From positions 105,090,001 through 105,154,000 of the forward strand of contig NC_043003.1 of the NCBI RefSeq assembly GCF_006345805.1: a stretch of 64,000 bases of DNA. The letters are read 5' to 3'. The position numbers and the translations under genes are program-made. This DNA is from Octopus sinensis. Taxonomy: Eukaryota. Each line of letters opens with the position of its first letter. The first letter of the stretch is position 1. Below, piece after piece: positions 1 through 11,090 of the stretch. Below the pieces are notes generated by a model. It did not search any database. It saw only the letters and a program-made list of their open reading frames with translations, and had not been told where the DNA came from.

Positions 1-136
1 TTATGTTTTAGACTTTGTATTTTTGCCGAGGTTCAATCAGTTCATTTGCCGTTTTGTGAAGTTCAAATACGTAAACTTGCCAATCTTGGGACACCAAAAA
101 TGTTGTTTTTTGCGCGTTTGTTTGTCTTAACTTTTG

Positions 137-569
137 TTTATTCATTTATTCAGTCATGTGACTGCGACCATGCCACAACACGCCCTTGAAGGGTTTAGCC
201 AAACAAATCGCCCCCCATACTTATTTTTAAGTCGAACAAATCGATCCCAGGATTTATTCTTTGTAAGCCTGGTACTTATCCTATCGGTCTCTTTTGCCGA
301 ACCGCTAAGTTACGTGAATGTAAACACACCAACATCGGTTGTCAAGTGATGGTGGGTGGACAAACACAGACACACAAACGTATATATATAGATATATATA
401 CACACGACGGGCTTCTTTCAGTTTCCCTCTAACAAATCCACTCACATGGCTTTGGTCTGCCCGAGGCAATAGTAGATGACACTTGTCCAAGGTGCCACGC
501 TGTGGAATTGAACCTGGAACCATGTGACTGGTAAGCAAGCTATTTACCACACAGCAACTCTTGCGCTTA

Positions 570-570
<1 letters not shown>
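137..570 (-). mobile_element. tRNA-derived SINE, family A (about 400 bp, internal (TA)n(TG)n tract)
   Basis: Reverse complement of the motif chain seen intact at 21293-21692: GGCTGTGTGGT head, GGTTC B-box-like, CTTGGGCAAGTGTCTT CORE-like segment, CAGTCAAATGACTGAA tail. Confidence 0.85.
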
Positions 571-661
<91 letters not shown>

Positions 662-695
662 TATATATTATATATATATATATATATATATTATA

Positions 696-722
<27 letters not shown>
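571..722. repeat. (GT)n(AT)n compound microsatellite
   Basis: Direct reading. Confidence 0.95.
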
Positions 723-723
<1 letters not shown>

Positions 724-727
<4 letters not shown>

Positions 728-890
728 GACGAGCTTCCACAGAGTTTCCGACTACCAAATTCGCTCACAAATCATTGGTCGACTCGGCACTATGGAAGAA
801 GGTACTCGACCAAGATGCTGCGCAGTGGGGCTGAACCTGAAACCACGTGGTTGCAAAGCGAGTTTCTTAACCACACATCCATGCCTACAG
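724..890 (-). mobile_element. SINE family A, diverged 5' half
   Basis: GTTTCCGACTACCAAATTCGCTCACAA...CAGTGGGGCTGAACCTGAAACCACGTGG matches the family A reverse complement. Confidence 0.75.
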
Positions 891-989
891 CCACAAAAAA
901 AAAAACTAATCATCGCGGCCACACTCAAATGAAATCGAAAAATCGTGTATTTTTTCGTAGTTGTGCTTATGGTCGATCGCATTTTTTTT

Positions 990-1810
990 TTTAAAGGGAC
1001 TAATTCTCAGTCAGCCCCTATACTCAATTTATCAAAGTTGCTGCAAAAACTAAAATATCGTCAACAGATGCACAAAGGGTGGCTGAAACTACAAAACAAG
1101 TTTTGAAAGATATAAGGAATAACGATTTATTGGCGAATTTCTGTGATGATGTTGTACCGCTGGCATGAACTCACTATTTCGCATCAGTATCTGTGTTCCT
1201 ACCAAAGCGAAAACCCTAGTAAAAACTGGAATGAGTATTGAGGAAGATGTATTAGAAGAGACCATTACAGATACTTTGGGCATTTTTTAGCTTTAGATAA
1301 ATTAATCCTTTCTGAAGACCAAGACTTTGATCCAGGGGAGTTACAAGATATGTAAGAAATATTAAATGCTGGACACATTGCTTCTGAGGGCAATTAGCAA
1401 ATTTTATTAAGGAGAGATACGAAGATAAGTCGATGACACTAATTCTTTGATAGTTCATCTTTCGGCGATTGAAGTTTCTAACTGCAGAGATTTCTGATAT
1501 TTAACTGACATTACCGACCATCTGAAGGAAAAAGTAATCGATATCAAATATCTAGTATCAGAGATTTGTACAATATGCCAACGTTTACTGGTAAATACTG
1601 TGCAATCTGCTCCGGCTGAACGAACATTTTATTCAAAGCCAATTGATTAAAAATAAAGTTTTGCCTTCGGTCCAGAATGACGCAACAGCCATTCCATTCT
1701 CTCACCAGACTTTCGTATCATAGAAAACAAACAGACAACTAACTCTAATTACAGTGGCATCGAAATTTACTTCATGAAATGAGAATCAACCAAAGAATTT
1801 TGGCAGATTC
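990..1810 (+). pseudogene. Decayed hAT-superfamily transposase C-terminus (dimerisation domain)
   Basis: From 1501 translates LTDITDHLKEKVIDIKYLVSEICTICQRLLVNTVQSAPAERTFYS, matching the hAT LLVxPxxSAxAERSFS motif; stops and frameshifts on both sides. Confidence 0.75.
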
Positions 1811-2550
1811 TGACTAGCGGGGGTGGAAAATTGAGGTAAAAAACAAAGTTTTATAATTACAACTGTTTTTTCACTGGCAACCTATAATTGAGGTTTTACA
1901 CCACATAATTACAAATTTCAATCAATGCCTTCCAAATCTTCCAGTCATGAAGTAACACATGTTACAATAATAGAGAAATCATTCATTTTGTTCTTCGTAT
2001 CCGTCATTACGGTCGATAACTTCTTTTAGCATTAATTTACCCTTTAAACACAATTTTAACGTTTAGACGTTAACAAATTGTTTCATGGCATGTTTAAATC
2101 ATTTTTATATAAATCCACCACCAAAAAATTGTATTTCATGGCATCTAAAACACATTTCTCTCACCAAGTCATCCAACAACGGTGGTAGCGTTGCTAAATG
2201 CGCATTTCTGCCTCTTTGAGCTTTGTAAGTAGCAAGTATTTACTGACCATCTCATGACAAAATCCGGCGATTTTCGTCGGCTACCGATATATTTTTGTGT
2301 GTTTTGTAACACTGTATGTCTATAATAAATACAATCGCAAGATGAATACCGCAGATAATTATGCTTTCCGTGATGTATCAGATTAAGTATGATACACAGA
2401 TTGCTATTTTAAACTAATACTGCTTCTGTTGCGCATAACGAGTTCTTATCCAGCCTGACGGCTAATTGCAAGATCAGTAGCTTTCCAATCACTGTTTTAC
2501 TATATCGCTAACAGCGAAATTTGGCCTAGCATGCAGTTGCTAGTGGATGC

Positions 2551-2595
2551 TTGTTACTGATGAAACTCAAAGAAGCAGAAATACGCATCTAACAA
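2551..2595 (+). ncRNA. Degenerate minimal type I hammerhead-like motif
   Basis: UUGUUA-CUGAUGA-AACUCAAAGAAGCA-GAAA-UACGCAU-C-UAACAA: 6-bp stem I, intact core, near-palindromic stem III, weak stem II. Confidence 0.5.
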
Positions 2596-2702
2596 CGATG
2601 CCACGGCTACTGGATGAGTTTCGTTTGCTCTTGAGATATTTCTGTGCTTCCAACACTCTATGCCTACTCCTGCGTTTGACTCCATTTCTTAATTTATCCA
2701 TG

Positions 2703-2770
<68 letters not shown>
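2703..2770. repeat. (AT)n microsatellite between two Penelope-like terminal fragments
   Basis: Direct reading. Confidence 0.95.
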
Positions 2771-2950
2771 GGGAGAATTACAAAAAAAACAAAATACGAA
2801 GACAGGTGGCGTAGACAACAAACAGATGTATTAGTATAACACTCGGGAAGTGAAAAAGTCTTTAACTTTTCGAGCCTACGCTCTTCCACAGAAAGGAACA
2901 CAGAAAGAAACAAGGAGAGAAAATAAAGAATGTGTAGTGGCTAGCAATCT
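2771..2950 (-). mobile_element. Penelope-like element terminal (pLTR-like) fragment abutting (AT)n
   Basis: Contains a hammerhead-like motif; homologous to 28425-28625 and 54865-54935, each also next to (AT)n. Confidence 0.55.
2860..2895 (-). ncRNA. Hammerhead-like motif with variant core
   Basis: Minus strand CUUU-CUGUGGA-A-GAGC-GUAG-GCUC-GAAA-AGU-U-AAAG. Confidence 0.5.
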
Positions 2951-3245
2951 ATTACGGCGAAGGATATATATATAATGTAAAAGAATAAGGATTTGAAATC
3001 CGAGCAGGTACTTATTAGATCTCTGATATAAACCGCGTTGAATGATAGGGCACATACGAAATTATCTAAGACAAGCTGTTAAACAGTTCTTCGTTCCAGA
3101 GTTTGCTTAATTGGATTTCATAGAGCAATCGAAATATATAATCAAGACATCACAAAAAAGAATGGAAAAATTATACAACTTCAACAATTGGCACCTTGGG
3201 CAAGTGTCTTCTACTATAGCCTCGGGTCGACCAAAGCCTTATATA

Positions 3246-3448
3246 TATATATAATTGTTAAAGAGGACAACAAACGTTAAGGCAAGGCAGGCATCTCAAG
3301 CCATATACATGTTTCTGGATTATTCCATTCTCTGGGATATCCCAGAAACAGCTGTAAGACTTTGAATTTTTTCCAATAATAATAATATATATGACTTGAG
3401 ATGTTTGCCTTGCCTTAACGTTTGTTGTCCTCTTTAACAATTATATAT
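3246..3448. mobile_element. About 200-bp fold-back element (about 60-bp inverted arms) at (AT)n, carrying the 3' half of a hammerhead motif
   Basis: Arms ATAATTGTTAAAGAGGACAACAAACGTTAAGGCAAGGCA / TGCCTTGCCTTAACGTTTGTTGTCCTCTTTAACAATTAT; spacer GGGATATCCCAGAAACAGCTGTAAGAC shared with the 30280-30714 family. Confidence 0.7.
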
Positions 3449-3593
3449 CCGCTATATCGGAAATCTGCAATGGCTCCATAACTACTGTCTCGGCTATAAC
3501 CTTGGGGCCCTAGTAATCCGTTACAGTGCTTACCTAGCGTACTTAACCGTTTAGATCATTTCTGAATTAAACCCCCATATTTTGTGTATATAT

Positions 3594-3659
<66 letters not shown>

Positions 3660-3735
3660 CACATACATACATATATATATGTATATATAAACAATAATAA
3701 ATCTCTGAACGAGGTATAAACAGTAGCTGCACGAC

Positions 3736-4212
3736 AATGTGAAGTATATTTGCCACTTAAATGTGGTTAACCACTAAGGGTGGATGCTACTGTAGCTTGT
3801 AGCCCCAGGAGAACATCTTCTCCAGCTGCCTACTGACACACTTTCTGTGCCCTATCAGTATTTGCAAAAGGAAGCCATCCTTCCCATCGTTGACCTTACG
3901 TGCTTGTTTACACTTTTTCGAGATCAGTGACTTTTCGTCACTGGAAAAAGGATATGTGTATTTGCATTGGGACCCCTTCGCATTGAAGATCGGTGATTGT
4001 CGTGTGCTGACGACAGATAAATACACAGAAACCCGGGTCCGTGTGTATCACGTAAGGTCAACGATTGGAAGGATGGCTTCCCTTTGCAAATACTGATAGG
4101 GCACAGAAAGTGTGTCAATAGCCATCTGGAGATGTTCTCCTGGGGCTACAAGCTACAGTAGCATCCACCCTTAGTGGTTAGCCACATTTAAGTGGCAAAT
4201 ATACTTCATATT
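3736..4212. mobile_element. MITE-like element with about 165-bp terminal inverted repeats
   Basis: 3736-3902 is the reverse complement of 4049-4212 with few mismatches; TSD not resolved. Confidence 0.75.
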
Positions 4213-4226
4213 TATATATGCGCGTG

Positions 4227-4284
<58 letters not shown>

Positions 4285-4495
4285 GTGTATTTGGGTGTCC
4301 GTGTTTGTCCCCCACCATCGCTTGATACCGATGTTGGTGTGTTTAGGTCCCCGTCAATGTTCGGTGAAAGAGACCCGATAGAATAAGTACTATGCTTACA
4401 AAGAATAAGTCCTGGGGTCGATTTGCTCGACTAAAGGCGGTGCTCCAGCATGACCGCAGTCAAATGACTGAAATAAGTAAAAGAATAAAAGAATA
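4285..4495 (+). mobile_element. SINE family A, 3' half
   Basis: GTTTGTCCCCCACCATCGCTTGA...GGTGCTCCAGCATGACCGCAGTCAAATGACTGAA. Confidence 0.85.
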
Positions 4496-4937
4496 TATTG
4501 TTTTCATTAAATTCCAGCCCTGGAATACACACACACACACATACTCACACACACAAAACTTCACCAGTTTTTTTTTTGTTTGTTGATTGTCACACTGTAG
4601 GTATACCATTCATGCGCATACATCTTTCTCGAGTCTAGAATCTCGTTAGGTCGGAGCTTGTCTCGGTGTCTGTGGCTTTTAAGCGACTTGGAGTGCAAAA
4701 CAATCTCCTCAATTTGATGCCATCCAAAATCGGTTTTTAACATAGGCACAAGGCTTCCAGTTTCATGGATGAATTTAATTGATTGAAACGGCTGAGTATC
4801 CATCTGATACCCTATTTGATGCGTAAAAGAATTACGGGTATATTAAACGTACTCCAGTTTCAGTGGCATAGCATATGTGGAAGAAAATTAAATTACGAAT
4901 TAAAAACAGCTCTGGTTATGTAAACATTACTACGGTC

Positions 4938-5343
4938 GCACATACATACACGTACGTGTTTCGCTTATATGCCACATTTGCTGCGGGATAGCGCCCGGGG
5001 AAAGCTCCCTCAACCAACGCCGAATGTTAAAGAATCTCTGAATGTCACAGACCAGGTGAGATAACTCGCCCCGGAATCAGCAAATGGATTTCTCTATATT
5101 TACATATCAGTCACAGACCAGCGATTCCCTTCGTTTGGAGATGATCCGAGAACATGGTATTGATGGGCCATAATAATGGCGAAATATCGATATGTATCAT
5201 TCTTAGTGATTCCAGGCGATTTGTCTCACTGGTCTGTGACATTCAGAGGTTCTTTAACATTCGGTGTTACTTGGGGAGCTTTCCTGGGCGCTATCCCGCA
5301 GCAAATCAGGCATATAAACAAAACATGTATACTATGTATGTGC
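4938..5343. mobile_element. MITE-like element with about 140-bp imperfect TIRs
   Basis: 4938-5079 vs 5207-5343, e.g. ATTTGCTGCGGGATAGCGCCC / GGGCGCTATCCCGCAGCAAAT. Confidence 0.7.
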
Positions 5344-5694
5344 AACCAATAATGTTTACATTTTTTCGGTAAGAAAACGCGTCTTTTATGCTACCAAATA
5401 CAGGACATATTTTATCGAACTCAAAAAGGAAAGTCGATTTCGATGGGATTTGAACTCAGAAATGGAATATCGCAGGACAAGAGCTGTTCGATGTTCTAGT
5501 TCAATCACGAGTCAAGTGCAGCCCAGAGGACTTGCTGAATGACCTGCCTGTAAAACGAAAAATCACTTTGAATTTTTAGTAGTGCGGCCTGCCTGTTGAT
5601 AATCCATGTCTCATCCGGCCCGCTTCTCGTAAAAGATTGCCCATGCTTGATTTGGATGTTGCCAAAACACAATCCTTCATCGTTTATTTATTGC

Positions 5695-6790
5695 TTAGTA
5701 TAGGTTTCAAATTTAGCACAAGGCCAGCAGTTTCGAGGGAAAGGATAATTTGGTTTCAAATTTTGATGCAAGGCCTGCAAGTTTGGGACAGGGGGAAAGT
5801 CGATTAGATCGATACCGGTGCTCAACTGGTACTTATTTTATCGACCCCGAAAGGTTGAAAAGAAAAGACAAACTCGGCGGCATTTGAAATCGAAACATAA
5901 AGACGGACGATTCTGCTAATTTGCCACCTTGCCTTAACATTATGCTATGAATATAGGCGGCGAACCGGCAGAATACTTAGCACACCGGACAAAATGGTTA
6001 TCGGCATTTCGTCCGGTGTTATGTTCTGATTTCAAATGCTGCCGGGATCGTCTTTACTCTTTCATCCTTTCGGGTTCGATAAAATAAGTACCTGTTGAGC
6101 ACTTGGGGCGATCTAATTGATTTTCCCTCTGTCTCAAGCTTGTTGGCCTTGTGTGAAAATTGAAAAACAATATTAAGTCTAGGCAGGAGGAACAATGTAT
6201 CAGTGTTAGAGTTAACTACAGCCACCACTAAAAAATATGCAATATTTGTATCAGATGTAGGCGGTGAGCTGGCAGAATAGTTAGCACGCCGGGCGAAATG
6301 CGTAGCCATATTTCGTCTGTCGTTACGTTCTGAGTTCAAATTCCGCTGAGGTCGACTTTGCCTTTCATCCTTTCGAGGTCGATTAAATTAAGTACCAGTT
6401 ACGCACTGGGGTCGAAGTAATCGACTTAATACCTTTGTCTGTCCTTGTTTGTCCCCTCTATGTCTAGCCCCTTGTGGGTAGTAAAGAAATAGGTATTTCG
6501 TCTGCCGCTCCATTCTGAGTTCAAATTTCGCCGAGGTCGACTTTGCCTTTCATCCTTTCGGGGTCGATTAAATAAGTACCAGTTACGCACTGGGGTCGAT
6601 ATAATCGACTTAATCCGTTTGTCTCCTCTGTGTGTAGCCCCTTGTAAAGAAATAGGTATTTCGTCTTTCAAATTCCGCCGAGGTCGACTTTGCCTTTATC
6701 CTTCAGGATCGATAAATTAAGTACCAGACTGGCCCCCTACCCCAAAATTTCGGGCCTTGTGCCTCGAGTAGAAAAGTATATTTATATCAC
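5695..6790. mobile_element. Cluster of tRNA-derived SINE family B copies (one minus, then several plus, partly tandem)
   Basis: Repeated GTTCTGAGTTCAAATTCCGCCGAGGTCGACTTTGCCTTTCATCCTTTCGGGGTCGATAAA.AAGTACCAG core, which resembles the Meta/MESC central domain (from memory). Confidence 0.85.
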
Positions 6791-7309
6791 ACCTTTTTAG
6801 AGAGAACCAATACTTTGTTTTTACAAACAACACATTTTTACAAGAAAAGAAAGAAAAAATCATTAAAAGTATAAAACAACAAATTATCAAAAAGGACCCC
6901 ATAACTACCTCACCAAGGAAACAAAGAAAAAGAAAAACAGAGGGGATTAAACAGCAGAAGGTTGCAGGGAGGGGATAACGAGTTGTACACCCCAGAACAA
7001 ATGGCGTGTTTAGTCGCCCCTCGTGGACATAATAGTAAAAGTGTTTCGCTACAGCAGTCACACTACCTCTCGGGGCTCATTTTTCAGACGGGCCGCAGTT
7101 ATCCCAATTTTGCGGAGAAAATCGGCAGTGGTGGTAGTGGTGGGGATGTCCGAGAACTCCGGAGGTTTCAACGGTGACCGGCACAAACTGATAGAGGACG
7201 GTCAAGGCTCCTATATTTGTTTATTTTTTTCTCCTCTACGTTTGTATCAGATTTGTTAAAATATCAATCAAAACTCAGGTTTTTTTCTCTCTTCTCTTCT
7301 GATTTTCTT

Positions 7310-7675
7310 TCATTTGATTAAATCATTGGACTACGGCCATGCTGGGGCATCGTCTTGAAGGATTTATTCGAACAGAATGACCCTAGTGCTTTCCTTTTCC
7401 TAAATTTGATACTCATTCTATCAGGGTCTTTTTGCCGAACCGGTGGTTACTTGGACATAAACAAACCAATACCGTTTGTCAAGTGATGGTGGCCAAAACA
7501 CACAGACACACGCACGCACATATATGATGGGATTCAACACAGTTTCCATTTGCTAAATTCACTCACAAGACATTGGTTGGCCCTGGGCTATAGTAGAAGA
7601 CACACTCAAAGTGCTATGCAGTGGGATTGAACCCGTAGCCAAGTGGTTATAAACCGAGCTTCTTAACCACACGTG
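7310..7675 (-). mobile_element. SINE family A, diverged
   Basis: CATTGGACTACGGCCATGCTGGGGCA...CAGTGGGATTGAACCC. Confidence 0.75.
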
Positions 7676-7711
7676 CTAATATGCATTCATAATTTTAGAA
7701 TCGAAGCTGCT

Positions 7712-8242
7712 TTAACCCATTAACTGCCAATTTTTTTTATTCATATCCTTCGTCTTTGCCAGGTGTCTTAGGAGTTAAAATAATATATAGTATTTAAATT
7801 TTCTGCATGTGTGAATTATTTCGGAAATTATGAATTTTTCGGAAATTATGAATTTTTCGGAAATGGGGATCGCTGAAAAATAGCATATTTGTCCTTTTCT
7901 ATTCAATTGCAATAATAAACATTTTAGGTTTTTTTTTTGGAAACTATAGTTTCCAATGCGAATGTGTATGAAATATCAATGAATGATATCGATGGGAGAT
8001 GCAAAAAAAAAAAAAATGTTTTCAAAACAGTCAATATTTTTGTAGTTCAAAAATTGCGATTTATGACATAAAATGTCCTCTAGAATTAGCCAGAGCTAAT
8101 AATGACAAACTTTAACTACTAAATATTGTTAAACACACTTCTGCAAATGCAATGGGCATAAGTAATTCATTTTAAATACAACGAACAATCGGCAGTGAGA
8201 CTGTTTTTAGCAGATCCCCAAATGGGGCTCATGACAGGTTAA
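7712..8242. mobile_element. Possible piggyBac-type MITE
   Basis: TTAA|CCCATTAACTGCC ... CATGACAGG|TTAA boundaries with only weak TIR match; internal 18-bp unit TTTCGGAAATTATGAATT repeated. Confidence 0.3.
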
Positions 8243-8310
8243 TCAGTTGAGTGTCAACTTACCGAGCGAAACATTCTGCTGTTTATATTGTGTACAGATG
8301 TTGTACAATA

Positions 8311-8506
8311 TCTCTTTTTACTCTTTTCTCTTTTACTTGTTTCAGTCATTTGACTGCGGCCATGCTGGAGCACCGCCTTTAGTCGATCAAATCGACCCCG
8401 GGACTTATTCTATCGGTCTCTTTTGCCGAACCGCTAAGTGACGGGGACGTAAACACACCAGCATCGATTGTCAAGCAATGCTAGGGGGACAAATACAGAC
8501 GCACAA

Positions 8507-8539
<33 letters not shown>

Positions 8540-8711
8540 CATTTATACGAAAGGCTTCTTTCAGTTTCCGTCTACCAAATCCACTCACAAGGCTTCGGTC
8601 GGCCCGGGGCTATAGTAGAAAACACTTGCCCAAGATGCCACGCAGTGGGACTGAACCCGGAACCATGTGGTTGGTAAGCAAGCTACTTACCACACAGCCA
8701 CTCCTGCGCCT
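8311..8711 (-). mobile_element. SINE family A, young full length
   Basis: Near-exact reverse complement of 21293-21692. Confidence 0.9.
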
Positions 8712-8767
8712 CTGAGTCAAGTTTATTTAATTCATAACTGGCGAACAAATAAACAAAAATAGATGAA

Positions 8768-9100
8768 TTGCTGTGCGGTTCAGTCCCACAACGTGGAACC
8801 TTGGGCACGTGTCTTCTACTACATCCTCGAATCGACCAATGTCTTGTGAGTGGATTTGGTAGAGGGAAACTAAAAGAAGCCCGTCGCATATATGTATATA
8901 TCTATGTATGTGTGTCTGTTTGTCCCCCATCACCGCTCGACAAATGGTGTTGGTGTGTTTACGCCCTCATAATCTTGCGGTTCGGCAAAACAGAAATAGA
9001 ACAATTATCAGGCTTTAGATTTGTTCGACTAAAGCCCTTCAAGGTGGTGTCCCAGCTTGGCCGCAGTCAAAAATGACTGAAGCAAGTAAAAGAGAAAAGA
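8768..9100 (+). mobile_element. SINE family A, head-to-head with the previous copy
   Basis: GGTTCAGTCCCAC...CTTGGGCACGTGTCTTC...GGCCGCAGTCAAAAATGACTGAAGCAAGTAAAAGAG. Confidence 0.85.
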
Positions 9101-10019
9101 TAAAATAAATAAATAATGTTCCAATGAGCCTCTATATCAACGGTTGTCAACAGCGGCTCCCAGGGCCGCACGCGATCCTCAAGCAATCTTTCGGCGGCCC
9201 TGACGGTCTTCTCTCTACAAATATTTTTCTTTCATTGACTTGTCTTCTACTGTTTTGGCGGTGGCTTCCTAGAAAAAAACTCCAGGTTTTGGATTTGACC
9301 CAGGTATTAAAATGGTTCAGAACCGTCGCTGGACCTGCTGGAAATAACAGCTAAATTTCTCTCTCATATTGCACCATGCCATCTCCTTTTTAAATTTGGT
9401 AAAATGCATGCAATTTGAGGGGATGGGGCAGTCGATTACTTTGATCCTAGTGCTTGACTGGTACAGATGAATTCACGGACGTTCGTACATATACACCTAC
9501 CGCGTGGTTTCTTAATAAAAGATCTGTTTGCAATCTCATAATTCTAGGTTCGATCCCATAGCACAGCAACTGGGGTAGGCAAGCATTTTGTTATTATTAT
9601 AGACTGAGATGACTAATATTTTGCGAGCGGAGTTTGAAAGACTGAAAGTGTGTGTATGATGGTTGAAGCATTCATTCCTTCACTTTACTGAGGACCTTCA
9701 AGGTCCTATTGCATCTTCTCTCGTGCCAGCTGGTGTGCTGCCATTTAGAGCGATGATAAGCCGAATTAATTTGGCACTTGCTTTGAGAACTTTCCAAAAT
9801 CACCACTGATTTTTGCCGGCTCCCGAAACAGATTTTCTCCTGTGAACGAAAGCACATAATTTAACTAGACAGACACTTTATTTTCTCACTTTAAGAGGAT
9901 TAAAGAAAAGTTGACTTCGGCGGGATTCGAACCCAGAACGTAAAAAAACTGGAACTAACGACACAAGGTATTTTATGCGGCACTCTAACATTTCTATCAA
10001 TTCATCTTTGTTCGTAAGC

Positions 10020-10026
10020 ACGTATG

Positions 10027-10060
<34 letters not shown>

Positions 10061-11090
10061 TGTATGTATGTATGTATGTATGTATGTATGTATGATGTAT
10101 TTATGTATGTATGTACGTACGTACGTATGTATGTATGTACGTATGTATGTATGTATGTATGTATAAATGTATGTATGTGTATGTATGTTTGCATGTATTA
10201 TGTATGTATGTACGATGTATGTATGTATGTATGTATGTATGTATGTACGTACGTACGTATGTATGTATGTACGTATGTATGCATGTATGTATGCATGTAT
10301 GTATGTATGTATGTATGTATGTATGTATGTATGTATGTATGTATGTATGTATGTATGTATGTATGTATGTATGTATGTATGTATGTATGTATGTATGTAC
10401 GTATGTACGTACGTACGTATGTATGTTTGTATGTATGTATGTATGTATGTACGTACGTACGTATGTATGTATGTATGTATGTATGTACGTACGTATGTAT
10501 GTATGTATGTATGTATGTATGTATGTATGTACGTACGTACGTACGTACGTATGTTTGTATGTATGTATGTATGTATGTATGTATGTATGTATGTACGTAT
10601 GTACGTACGTACGTATGTATGTATGTATGTATGTATGTATGTATGTATGTATGTATGTATGTATGTACGTACGTATGTATGTATGTATGTATGTATGTAT
10701 GTATGTATGTATGTATGTATGTATGTACGTACGTACGTATGTTTGTATGTATGTATGTATGTATGTATGTATGTATGTATGTACGTACGTACGTATGTAT
10801 GTATGTATGTATGTATGTACGTATGTACGTACGTACGTACGTACGTACGTATGTATGTATGTATGTATGTATGTACGTACGTACGTATGTATGTACGTAT
10901 GTATGCATGTATGTATGTATGTATGTATGTACGTATGTACGTACGTACGTATGTATGTATGTATGTATGTATGTATGTATGTACGTACGTACGTATGTAT
11001 GTATGTATGTACGTACGTACGTACGTATGTGTATGTATGTATGTATGTATGTATGTATGTATGTATGTATGTATGTATGTATGTATGTAC
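10020..11090. repeat. About 1.07-kb (ATGT)n tetranucleotide array with interspersed ACGT variant units
   Basis: Direct reading; explains all YVCM/TYIH ORFs. Confidence 0.97.

Noticed and set aside
6258-6790. Regularly repeated units resembling a CRISPR array
   Set aside because: Units of about 200 bp are SINE bodies with no unique spacers; eukaryotic context.
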